From Azolla caroliniana (Eukaryota > Plantae > Polypodiophyta), in the NCBI GenBank assembly GCA_043228905.1, contig JBHGNT010000011.1:11160001-11224000 (forward strand): a stretch of 64,000 nt of DNA. Reading direction: 5' to 3'. Shown one piece after another: positions 22,698-34,255 of the stretch (positions within the stretch are counted from its first letter, which is position 1; each line of letters opens with the position of its first letter). Both the position numbers and the translations under genes were made by a program. Under the pieces are notes generated by a model, which had not been told where the DNA came from, made no database searches, and saw only the letters and a program-made list of their open reading frames with translations.

Positions 22698-25181
22698 ATG
22701 GAATGCATGGTACTCTCAGAGGCGGCCAAGAAATGGCTTAAGCAACACGGCCTGGAGGGATTCTTGAGGATAGTCGAAGCACCACCGCACGCAGATGCGG
22801 AAAATGTCGTCAAAGACATCAACATGGAGGTCATCACCGAGGAAGCCATCCGAGCCTTGACCAGCTTACCGGAAGGGGGAATATATTCGATCGACAACCC
22901 TTGACCAGAGCTGCTGACGAGGTATTTTGGAGAATACTCCCTGGGCAGCAAGGCGTACCTCACGCAAGGCGGCGAAGACCTATTGTTTCGGGAAATTGCT
23001 CGGGTACTCCAGGAGTATGGTCATGTATACCCCCGATCACCGGCTATGCCCAGGAATAGAGCCGGTTTGATCATAGCCACCTATGAGGGAGTACAAGTGG
23101 ATTGTCCGGTAATGATCGCCGACGGCCTGAGCGTTGCCATTGTCTTAGTAAAAGATGTGGATAGCGCTAGCATAATGGCTCACTTTGTTAGCACCACCGG
23201 TGGAGCCCATGAAACAAAGGAAGTGGGGAAGACCGTCAGAATCGACCCCCAAAACAACTTCAAAATGGCAGCAACTCCTGGCTACCCAAGCAATAGGCTG
23301 GAAGGAGGCCGACACTTCAAAAAAGGCGAAGGAGCAGCCTAATCGGAAGCGGCTGGCAGAGAAGGAGGCATTGTTAAGCACTCTGGTGAGACTTGTGAAA
23401 ATCAAGTTGCGCTAGACAGAACAACATCCAGACAAACCACAGGGGCACGACCCCTTGCCAGCGTTAATCAATAGCAAGAGCCTGGAGGAAGAAGAGCAGG
23501 AAGATGAGCTTACCGAGACTCTGATACATCGTCGATAGACAAGTGACAAGGGCCACAAAGGGGAGAAATCAAGTCAGATGGAGGACATTATACCGGAACC
23601 CCTCCTTGAGGAGCCGCAGCCAAGGAAGGCGTCAGAACTGGTTCAACAAGAATCAGTGGCAGAGCAATCGGTGCGGCAGGACATAACAACATCAGCGGGC
23701 TAGGAGATGACAGTATCGGTGGATCAAGAATCGGTCATTGAATTGCCGGTGTCACCGCCGCAACAGAAACAACCAGAACCGGAGCGGCCGCTTGACATAA
23801 CCGTTCATAGTAGGCTCATGGCCAGTGAAGCAGCCATCCCACGACCAGAACCGGCACGACAACATGGCATCGACAGTCAATGGCTACGATGGATAGGAGA
23901 ACAAGTGACCGGGGTCGTCGGCCAGTTAGAAACGGAAGACAGAGCGCATGAAGACTGGTCGCTAGCCACAACCAAGGAATTACAAAAGGCCCGGTCAAGA
24001 ATTTGGAGCATGGAGGAAGACATAGAGAAGGTTAGAACACAAATGGCCAAGTTGGTAATAGAAGGACCACAGCAATCGGAAATGGTGGCTCCGGTAACTT
24101 TACAGAACAATAACACCCCGGGCACTGAAGCAGGCCCGGATACGAATAAAACGCCACAAGAGCTCGCAACATTACGGGAGGACGTGGCAGCACAAGAAGC
24201 CTTACAAGCCAGGGAGCGAGAATTGAAAAAAGTGGTGGAGGAGGAACAAAGGAAGACGGCCGACAGCCTCCGTCGAGCAGAGGAAAGCTTGAGAAAGGTC
24301 ATCAAGCATATGACCGGCTGAAGGAAGAAAAAGAAAGACTCCTGCAAGAAAAGGACAAACTCCGGAGCTCGGCAGAAGTAGAGATTGAGCGACTCAAGGA
24401 AGAACTCCAGCAACAAAAGGACCGGGAAGACCGTGCTCACTGTTTGATCAACCAACGGCTGAAACAGAAAACAGAGAACTTTGATCGGCTGCACCGGGAT
24501 CACAAACACTTGGATGTGGAACACAAGAAATTGATCACCGAAAGTGACCAGCAGCAGGAGAAGTTACAGGAACTTCGGGAAGAGGTTAATCGAACCGTGG
24601 CAGCCTTGGTAGAAGAACAGTCGAAGGAAGCGGAAGCAGCAAAGCAACTCGTGGAAGCGGCGAAAGAACGGGTAGAGCTAGCCCGGCAGCACTCGGAGGC
24701 AACAGAGCGCGCTACAATGGCTCTGAAAAAAGTTCAGATGACCTATCAGATCCAACTCATGCACTACAGAAGCCAAGAAGTGGCAACCGCGAGCCTGATC
24801 AAACAATTGAAGGACTAAAAACAGGCCGCGGAGAACAAGTCGAAGATGGGGCTGGGGCAGATCCGGGACATCGTACTGGCATGGAGAGACCGGAAGAAAA
24901 GATTGCTAGAAGAAAGTTCAGCTCAATGGTGGTCTCAATGGGCTAAGCAGGCGACGAAGTTACAATTGTTGCGATCGGATGCGGAGAACCGGCGGAAGGA
25001 CGACGACGATTTCTGTAAATTGGACGAGGAGAACATTGTTGCCATAAGGGAGGAATTGTTGGATGACTTCCTATCATTAGCCGGGGACCAATTGGCGGTG
25101 GTGAGGCGATTGGTGGAGCAGTTGGACGACAACCAGCTGGATACACAGCTCCAGCTCGAGCGGTATGAACGAGAACGGTGA
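22698..25181 (+). pseudogene. Extra 3' ORF of Gypsy D: globular N-terminal part, low-complexity linker and long coiled coil, disrupted
   Basis: Chain of ORF pieces (22698-22904, 22983-23342, 23707-24321, 24444-24818, 24846-25181) between INT and PPT; E/K/Q/R heptad-like composition from ~23900. Confidence 0.65.
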
Positions 25182-25789
25182 CGGCGACGGCAAGAACTGG
25201 TCCGAAGAACTACGACGATCAATATTAGTTATGAAGGGCAGTATGTAACTCCGGAGGCGCACATGAACATAACTCCAAAGGAGCAGCCGAAGGATGGAAA
25301 CCAGCACACCGAAAACCAGCAGCAGGAGGAGCCCAAACCAATAGAACCAGAACTGGAGAGACTAGCGTAACCGGAGAGACCAATGGAACAGGAGGGCCCA
25401 GTAGAACTGATGCACGCCGGACAGTAGCACTAGGAGACGCCAAGACCCGTAGAGCCGGAAAAGGAGGAAGAACCGGTAAGACCAACCGAGCCATAGCCGC
25501 AAGAAACCGAAGTCCACTAGAGGCAGCCACAACTGGAGCCGAAGCCACAACAAGAGCAACCACAGCCCCAGGAACAGCAGAAGTTGGGGCAACAACGGGA
25601 GGAGGAACAATAGCAGCAACAGATGACTAAATAGCTTCCCATTGGAACCCTTAGATCAAAGCATTCTGGACATTTTGGAGGAAGAATGAAGGTCGGATCG
25701 TGGGATTCGACGTATAAGGTACTGTCCCACGAGCGTGCCATGTGTTAAACGACCAGCAAGGGAAGTTCAGAACGGGAAAAGGGGGATAA

Positions 25790-26238
25790 TTAATAACCAA
25801 GAGCTGATTATTTATAATATAGAATTATTATGATTTGGAGAAGCAAACGGACAAACCCGGGATCGGTATGGCGATCCGGATCCAGACCGGTTCGTAGCCG
25901 GTTGTCGGTTGCCACTGGTTTGTACCTAGAACCGAAGACCTAAAAAAAGGGCCCGGTTAGATTGTAATCATGAGCGGATAATTAATAGAGTGTTGTTGTT
26001 GAAAAGAATGCATTGGATGGATGCCTGGGCATTGAGAGGGAAGGACGCTTCCAAAGGCGAAAGGATATCTGAATCAATGTTAATTGTCATTCTATGCTAA
26101 GTGTAATTCATCTTACGCGTGTATTGTGACTAATTATCTTGCCGATTAGTAACCAATTAGGGTTTCATTAATAGTCGGTCTAAGTTTGTCTCACCACAAC
26201 ACCCTATGTTAGGTCATTGTCCGGCCCTAGCGATAACA
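25790..26238 (+). repeat. 3' LTR of Gypsy D (5' boundary approximate)
   Basis: Follows purine run GGGAAAAGGGGGATAA and ends ..GATAACA, after which Copia E coding resumes; partner LTR is outside the window. Confidence 0.65.
26001..26064 (+). pseudogene. rrn26: Fragment of the plant mitochondrial 26S rRNA 5' end
   Basis: GAAAAGAATGCATTGGATGGATGCCTGGGCATTGAGAGGGAAGGACGCTTCCAAAGGCGAAAGG matches the recalled mitochondrial LSU rRNA 5' sequence (..GCATTGGATGGATGCCCGGGCATTGAGAAGGAAGGACGCTTTCAGAGGCGAAAGG) with ~4 differences. Confidence 0.8.
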
Positions 26239-29200
26239 CAGGAGTTGATGCTCATCACCGAGAAGAGTGAGTTGAACCTTGCCAACGACGAGACAACGTG
26301 GGTTGTCGATTCCAGAGCGTCGTTCCACCTAACCCCGGACCAGAAATGCTTCTCATCCTACACAACCAGTGAGCACGGTTGTGTCCAGATGGGCAATGAA
26401 GGGACATGTTGAATTGTTGGCATAGGAGACGTGTGGCTGACAACACCAACCGGATGCAAGTTGCAGCTGAAGGATGTCCAAGATGTTCCAGAAGTTCGAC
26501 TAAACCTGATATCAGCCAGTCAACTAGATGATGAAGGCTAATAGTGGCTCGCGCTCAGAAAGTCAACACACTATACCTAATGAATGCCCGGTTATGCCGG
26601 GAAGAAGTGAATGTAGCATCCGGCACTTCTGGTGAGCTATGGCACAAGAGACTGTGTCACATGAGTAATGTAAAAGATTATATGCAGAAGCAATAGAAAA
26701 CGAACACAGAGAAAATACACAGGTTTAATGGAGAGCTTGAATATACACAATACACGGGAGAGACAGAGAGAGAACACACAAGAAATTCAATTCAAAAAAT
26801 ACTAACTCTGTACATACACTATGCTCAGTGAGCACCTTTTATACAAGCCCTGACAATCGGGCTAACACAAGTACTGACAATACTTGACCGCTCATAAATG
26901 AGCCTACTACGCTAACTCCCAAAATTATTCCTTACGAGGAATATCTTCCTAACAACCTTCCGGTCTACGCACCAATACGACCATGTTATGCGCATTGGTC
27001 CAGCCTAACTGATCGGTCCCAACCGATCCGGTCCTTGGCTTGCTCAGCCGATCCGGCCGATGTTGAGCTTGTCTCTCAACAAGCGAGAAGGGGATGAAAA
27101 GGCTTGCCGATGACAACCTCATTCTGATGAAAGACGTGCATCTTGAGAAGTGCACCCACTGCCTGGCCGGTAAGCAAACCCGGACCTCCTTTCGCTCAAG
27201 GCCACCGATGAGATGTAATGCACCACTGGAGCTGGTGCATACCGATGTGTGTCAAGTGGACACGAAGTCACATGCCAGATCGTAGTACTTCGTGACGTTC
27301 ATAGACGACCATAGTCGGAAGCCGTGGGCCACATCATTGAAGATGAAGGATCAGGTGTTATCTTTCTTCAAGGAGCTCCACGCGAGAGTGGAAAGACAAA
27401 CCAGCCGGAAGTTGAAGGCGGTTCGAGCAGATAACGGAGGAGAATACCGGGGGCAGTTCGAGGAGTACAGCTGCTCGAAGGGAATCCGGCTCGAATTTAC
27501 CGTGCCGAACACGCTGGAACTAAATGGGCTAGTTGAGAGGATGAACCTGACCATAATGGAGAAGGTCTGAAGTATGCTAGCACATGCAAAGTTACCCAAG
27601 ACGTTTTGGGTTGAGGCATTGTCGACAACGACGTATGTGATAAACAGATCACCCTCAGTACCCTTGGACGGAGACACACCACAGAGAGTATAGACCGGTA
27701 AGGAAGTGTCTTACCGGAACTTGAAGGTGTTCGGGTGTCTCGCTTACATGCATGTGGCAAAGGACCGGAGAGCAAAGTTGGATCCAAAGTCCCGGCCTTG
27801 CATATTCCTCGGATACGGCGATGATGAGTTCGGCTACCGAGTGTGGGACCCCGTTGACAAGAAAGAGTTCCGGAGTTGAGAGATTATCTTCATGGAGGAC
27901 AAGACCCTTGCTGACTGGGAGTTGGAGAAGAAGATAATGAACTCCGAGTCGACCGGTAAGAATCGGAGCGATGAGATTCGAACCTACCCGGCTAAGAGCC
28001 GGTTGACAGTCGAAGAACCGGCCGGTTACGGTGGGGATACCGAACTGGCAGAAGAAGAAGGAGAGGAAGTTGAAACCAGAACCGGACAAGACCCCGAATC
28101 GGATTCGGATGAAGAACAAACACAGGAGTCAGTTACTGAAAACCGAGGACGGAGATATCCTCTTTGGGAAAGAAGAGCCCCCCAGAGATTTCCGGATGCA
28201 GAGCATGTGTTGCTGACCGATGAGGGGGAGCCGGAAAGCTTCGAAGAAGCGAAGGATGACACCCATAGCCGGAAGTGGTTGAGTGCCATGCAGGACAAGA
28301 TGCATTCCCTGCATGAGAACCACAGGTATGAATTGGTGGAGTTGCCGAAAGGAAAGAGGGCACTCCGAAACAAGTGGGTGTACAAGCTGAAACCGGGAGA
28401 TGCTGCTAACCCCCCAAGATACAAAGCCAGGATCGTGGTGAAGGGGTTCCAGCAGAAGAAGGGCGTGGACTTGGACGAGATATTTGCCCCAGTAGTAAAG
28501 ATGACTTCCATGCGGACGATGTTGAGCATAGCGGCAAGCATGGCTCTCAAGGTAGAGCAGTTAGACGTGAAGATGGCGTTCCTCCATGGTGACCTCAAAG
28601 AGGAGATCTACATGCAACAACCAGAAGGATTTGTGAAGAAAGGGAAGGAGCACTTGGTTTTCCGGTTGAAGAAGAGCCTATACGGACTAAAGCAGGCTCC
28701 CCGGCAATGGTACCGGAAGTTCAACTCCTTCATGACGGATCAAGGATACCAAAAGACACAGGCCGATCACCGCGTGTTTGTGAAGAAGTTTGAAGGTGGA
28801 GACTTCCTAATACTCCTCATGTACGTGGACAACATGTCGATCGTTGGACGAGGCCAAGTCAAGATACAGACGCTGAAGAAGGCTCTGAACCGGACCTTCT
28901 CAATGAAAGACTTGGGTCCGGCAAGACAGATACTGGGGATGCATATCATCCGGGACCTGTCAAAGAAGCAATTGTGGCTATCACAGGAGAAGTACGTGAC
29001 AAAGGTGCTTCAGCAATTCAACATGTCAGATGCGAAACCGGTTGGATAGACACTCCCGACAAACTGCAGGGTATCCGGTAAGCAAAGCCCAAAGACGAAG
29101 GCAGAGAAGACGGATATGATGAAGATACCATATGCCTCTGCCTTCGAGAGCTTAATGTACGCAATGGTGTGTACCCAACCGAATATCGAATATGTAGTCG

Positions 29201-30459
29201 AAGTAATGAGCCGGTTTATGAGCAATCCCGGCAAGGAGCACTTCAATGTGGTAAAATGGATACTCCGGTACTTGAAAGGCACCTCAAGTATGTGTCTCTG
29301 ATTCGGCTCCGGCAAACCCCAACTTGACGGTTTCACCGATTCAAATATGTCGGCCGATGCGGATACCAGCCGGTCAACATCGGGATATGTTATGACGTAT
29401 GCAGGGGGAGCTGTTTCGTGGCAATCGAGGTTGCAGAAGACGGTTGCGTTGTCAACCATGGAGGCGGAGTACATGGCGGTTGTGGAAGCTTGCAAGGAAA
29501 TACTATGGATGAAGGACTTCATCAAAGAGCTAGGGATCCGGCAAGAGGAATACCGACTCTACTGAGATAGTCAGAGTGTCATCCACCTTGCAAACAATGC
29601 TACCTATCATTCCAGGACTAAGCACATCCAGCACAGGTACCACTGGATCTGGGAGCGAGTAGAAGATCGAGAGTTTGCAGTGACGAAAATCCACACAGAG
29701 GAGAACGGGTCAGATATGCTGACCAAAGTGTTGACACCTAATAAGCTAGATGCATGCAGGAAGAGGATCGGATTGACAAGGCATCACATGCCGGAGTGAA
29801 GGGGGAGTTTGTTAGGATTTCGGTCCTTCTGGATGGGATATGAGTACCCAGCAAGGAAGACCCAATGAGAACCGGATGATGAGTACCTAACAAGGAAGAC
29901 CTGGTGAGAACCGGATGACACAGACCCGGTGAGAACGGAATGACGTAGGCCCGATGAGAACCTCTCACCGGATGAAAGGACATATATGGAAATATGTTTT
30001 TTGAGAGCCCATTGGGGCTATATCTATAAATAGTCCTAATGTCATATTAGTATAAATATGACCTAGGGTAAACAGAGAGTTTATCATTGTGTTGTCATTA
30101 TCTTGTATAGAGTCATTCATGTAACTGTTGTACAGAGCGTAGCAGAGGGAAAGAGAGAGACAGAGATAGAGATAGAGTGAGTCTCTGTTGTAACCACCGC
30201 CAGGCAAAGATTGTGAGCACGAGGTCGTTGCCTCCATGTTTGCCTGTTGTATTCCTCTCGACATAGTGATAGTTGGAGTTTGTGAACTCCCATGGTTTTT
30301 CCCATTTAGGGTTTTCAACGAAAACATGTTGTGTACTCTCTTTCAGTGTTTTGTGTATACGTTCATCTATCTCCACATTCCCTTTGTTGTGTTTGTAATT
30401 CTCAATGAAGTGATTGAAGACTCGGTTGTGGCTGAGCATTATTCCGCATATTCTCTACA
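26239..30459 (+). mobile_element. Ty1/Copia retrotransposon E (Tnt1/Tork-like; 5' part outside window); host of Gypsy D
   Basis: PR WVVDSRASFHLTP; INT LELVHTDVC, VRADNGGEY; RT ORF 27892-29049; RH to 29799; PPT 29798-29807; 3' LTR 29810-~30459. Confidence 0.9.
26669..27081 (-). repeat. Solo LTR of the Copia B family inside Copia E
   Basis: TGTAAAAGATTAT..TCTCTCAACA is homologous to 7353-7740; flanks AGTAA/AGCGA restore host codons H-M-S-E-K-G. Confidence 0.88.
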
Positions 30460-32010
30460 GATCATCTAGTGTTGGCTTCCAAGTTCAAGAAAATGATGGC
30501 CAAAGCTTGTGTTGTCCGCACCTTGATCCTTTTATGTATGTGTTATGTCTAAGTCTAAAGGGTCGACATTCACCATTTCTAGGTTTCTATCCATCTGAAA
30601 TATTGTGCATTGTCAGGATTGGGTTCTCGCATTGAAATCTCCTACAAGGAAGACTTCCCCTTGAGAAGAATATCAGATTATGTCATTTGATAAAGGTTCG
30701 TATGGAGAAAGCCCATGTGGCGTTCCTTCATCAACTATACTCACCTCTCCAACCATATTATATTGCGATCCTTTCGGGGGGAAGTAACAAACTGTGATAA
30801 ATATCGCCTAATCCTTGCTAGTGAGGACTTTCACCCACATAAAACGGGCTTCTGGGTCTTTCTTGAGTATTTCAATCCTATTATGTATCTCTCTCCGAAA
30901 TAGTATCGCAGCCCCTCCAGACCCTCTAATAGTATGTCGACATGAGGTTTGTCTAAAGACATATTCCCAACGAAAACCATCAACTCGTGGCAGTCCTCGA
31001 TTTGGACTCTAATGCGTTTTTACTAAAAAAAAGTATGTCAGATACCTTCAAAATCCCCTCTAGACGACCCGGGTGTGTCCAAAGTGCACCGTTACAGTTC
31101 CATAAAGTCATCCTAAGTTTATTGTCTGTCACATGGGCCACACGCCGTCAATTGGCAGCGCGATCATTTATTATCACACGCCCATCTTAGTAAAAAGCAC
31201 AATGCCCCTCTTTACGAGCTTGTATGACTCGCGGCATACAAGTTTTACGATGCTCAATTTGCATCTTGGTCAGGTCTTCATCGAGGTAGATAGGGTCCCC
31301 ACCCAATCCTCGAAGAATTGGTCTGTTTTTAAAAAATGCGATTCTAGATTCTGAGTCCTTAAACTGAAGGACCAAAGCTCTTTTCCTAGTGGTGTCACGT
31401 CCTACCCTCCAAGTTTTAGTGATTGGTAGGGCTTCGTACCCCAACATTTTCCCTAATGTTTGTGCATCTTCGTCGGGAGATGCCCCTTCCTTGAGCCTTG
31501 TATCTTGTACATTTAGGCGTCGAGCATGACGCATTTTTTCCTCCTCAAGGGTAGTGTTTACAATATTTTACTCCTTTAGTTCCTTTTTAATATTACGTTT
31601 TACTACATCAACCCGACACCCAGTTTTTGCTAATTCCATATCGCTTTTAACCTCTTCCTTAACATTTTTTATCTCGTCCTTAATATCCTCTAGGGAAGAT
31701 ATTTCACCATCTTCCCTAGATGTCTCAAGGTCCTTAACTTGTTTCTGAAGGTTCGTATTGTCTACTTTAAGTTTCATTATTTCGGCAATAAGCACTTCAT
31801 TTTCTTCCTTATCTTTTTGTTTTTCAGCTTCAATCTCTTTCGCCCATTTTTCTATTTTAACTAAATGGTTAAGGACATCTAAAAATTCTTCCTTATAAAA
31901 TCTTTGTGTGTTTCCTTATGCTTTCGTCTAGAAGTCATGTTGTAATTCAAAAGATAAAAGAAAGAAAAGACAAAAATGACAGAAAACTTAGCCGAGCATC
32001 GGTGCTTTGC
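30460..32010 (-). mobile_element. 5' part of non-LTR retrotransposon (LINE) F: ORF1 and APE endonuclease, interrupted by Copia E
   Basis: ORF1 ~31938-31187 (coiled coil, then WRVGR..RALVLQF..IYLDEDLTKMQ); ORF2 EN ~31130-30460 (LWNCNG, DILFLVxTH, RGSGGAAIL, CYFPP, VGDFNART). Confidence 0.85.
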
Positions 32011-32086
32011 ACTGTAAGTACAAGTGTAGAAGCACATTTATACTATTTCATTTATCAACCGACGACGTCGTTAGAAGCATAGGTGA

Positions 32087-32300
32087 CAGCAGCGGTCAAC
32101 AACGACAACAGCGACAACGACAACGACGACAGACAACGGCGACAAACGACGATTACGACGATAGATGGTGGCAGTGGCAGCAGCGACGACTACGACGATG
32201 ACGACAGCAAGTGGCAGAAAGAGCCGTTGGCAGCAGCGTTATCGTTGTAAGAGAAAGAGAGAGAGAGGGAGAGAGGAAGGGAGAGGGAGAGACAGAGACA
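32087..32300. repeat. Low-complexity (CGA/CAA/GCA)n tract followed by (GA)n
   Basis: Directly visible degenerate microsatellites. Confidence 0.7.
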
Positions 32301-34255
32301 GTTTGAGTTTGAGATATTGGGGATGGTGTAACAATTGAGATGATGTGAAATGCTTATTTATTTGATGGTAGGCATGAGTTCAAAGCATTTCTATGAAAGT
32401 TGAAGGGAGTACTAATTTGACAATTTTCTTCATTGAAGCAAGTAGAAATTATTTCTTATTGGAGGGTTCATCTTGCCTATTGATGATTCAACATGCCCCG
32501 CAACCCTTACAGGAGTGACCGCACTCAATTGTGGTAACATTGTATTGTTTTTTACAATTTTTTATTTTAAATATAATTGTATGTTTGAGAGAGAGAGAGA
32601 TGTCGAGGATACTACCGGGCACAACCAGTTGACACTCTTTCGTATGTGGGTGCAAGGATCAAGACGACAATACACAAACAAACAGAAATAGAAGTACAAA
32701 GACACAGGTATTTTAACGTGGAAAACCATGAAAGGGAAAAACCACGGGGAGTCCACAAACTCCCAAAACGAATCATTATGATGGGAGGAATACAACCAGA
32801 AGCTTCAAGGCAACAACCTTGAGCTCTTCTTTGTCACAGATGGCTATAGAGATACTCACACACTCTCTCACTCTCTCCCACTCTAGTTATAGAGGCAACT
32901 ACAAACAATAACTATTCAACAATGATCATCATCATCACTTAACTTCTTGCCCTAACTATATTTATACTCATATACATAAATGACTATTTACAAATATAGC
33001 CTCGACAAATTCGACTATTAGCATAATCAACTTTTGATCAATCGACTAATTCAGCTTATCTCTCCATCCGGAGGGACCAGTTTCCTAATAAACTCCCCCT
33101 TCACTCTGGCATGGGGGGCCTTGTCAACCCGACTCGTCTGCAACATGCGTCCAACTTCTCTACTGACAACACCGTCGTTAACATGTCTGATCTGTTCTCT
33201 GCTATGTGGATCTTCATCAAAGCAAACTCCTTTTCTTTTACCCTTTCCCAAAGCCAATGGTATTTCCTCTTGATGTGCTTGGTCCTTGAGTGGTAGGCAA
33301 CATTCTTCGCTAGGTGGATGACACTTTGATTGTCAAATTAGAGTCGGAATTCTTCTTGCCAAATTCCCAACTCTCCAATGAACTCCTTCATCCATATGAC
33401 TTCCTTGCCAATTTCGACAACGGCCATGTATTTGGCTTCTATGGTTGACAAAGCCACAACCTTCTACAACCTCGACTGCCAGGAAACGGCTTCCCCTGCA
33501 AACATCATCACATATACGGACGTTGATCGACTGGTATCTGCATCAGCCGACATGTCGGAATCCGTGAAACCTTCCAACATGGGGTTACCAAACACAAATC
33601 AAAGACACACTTGAGGTGCCTTTCAGGTACCGAAGTATCCATTTTATCACGGCCCAATGCTCTTTCCTAAGATTACTCGTAAATCGAATAACTACTCCGA
33701 CAACATATGAAATGTCCGGCGTGGTGCAAACCGTTGCATACATCAGGCTTCCGATTGCTGAGGCATAGGGAATCTTGTTCATCTCAGCTTTCTTGTTCTT
33801 TGACTTCGGACATTGAGTTCTGTTTAGCTTGTAATTTGTGGGCAATGTCAAGCCAACCGACTTTGCATTTTACACGTTAAATCTCTGGAGCACCTTCGTC
33901 ACATATTTTTCTTGTGACAACCATGCCATCTTCTTTGTCTGGTCCCAGACAATATGCATACCCAAAATTTGTTTCGCTAGATCCATATCCTTCATCGCAA
34001 AGGAATTTCCCAAAGCCTTCTTTAGACTTGCTATTTTCTTGAAGTCTTGTCCGACTATCAACATGTCATCAACATACAATATTAGGATGAGAAAGTCTTC
34101 TTCTGCCGAAAACCTTTCACAACAATTTAGATTTTATATCTGGGTGTATTCTCACTTTCTCCCAGCTTCAATTTGTATACTCACTTGTTGTAAAGTGCCT
34201 TCTTTACCTTCGATAGCTCAATCAATTCATACGTGTGGTTCTCATGCAAGGATTC

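Larger units (their letters stand above)
1..26238 (+). mobile_element. Ty3/Gypsy LTR retrotransposon D (non-chromovirus type, 5' part outside window); host of elements A and A'
   Basis: RT reads EDQDKT|(A/T)FVTEWG..MMFGLK across the element A insertion (1-19 + 13259-13480). RNase H reads WYRP|VYYASRKL across the A' insertion. Integrase (PFQKWGLDFVGP, YPQANGLAES) runs to ~22349, followed by an extra ORF, a PPT at ~25774-25789 and an LTR ending GATAACA at 26238. Confidence 0.85.

Noticed and set aside
25517-25741. Cys-rich metallothionein-like peptide
   Set aside because: The Cys run comes from reading a GTT/GCT-rich low-complexity tract in an alternative frame.
32007-32201. Q/R/D-rich ORF
   Set aside because: Translation of a degenerate trinucleotide tract.
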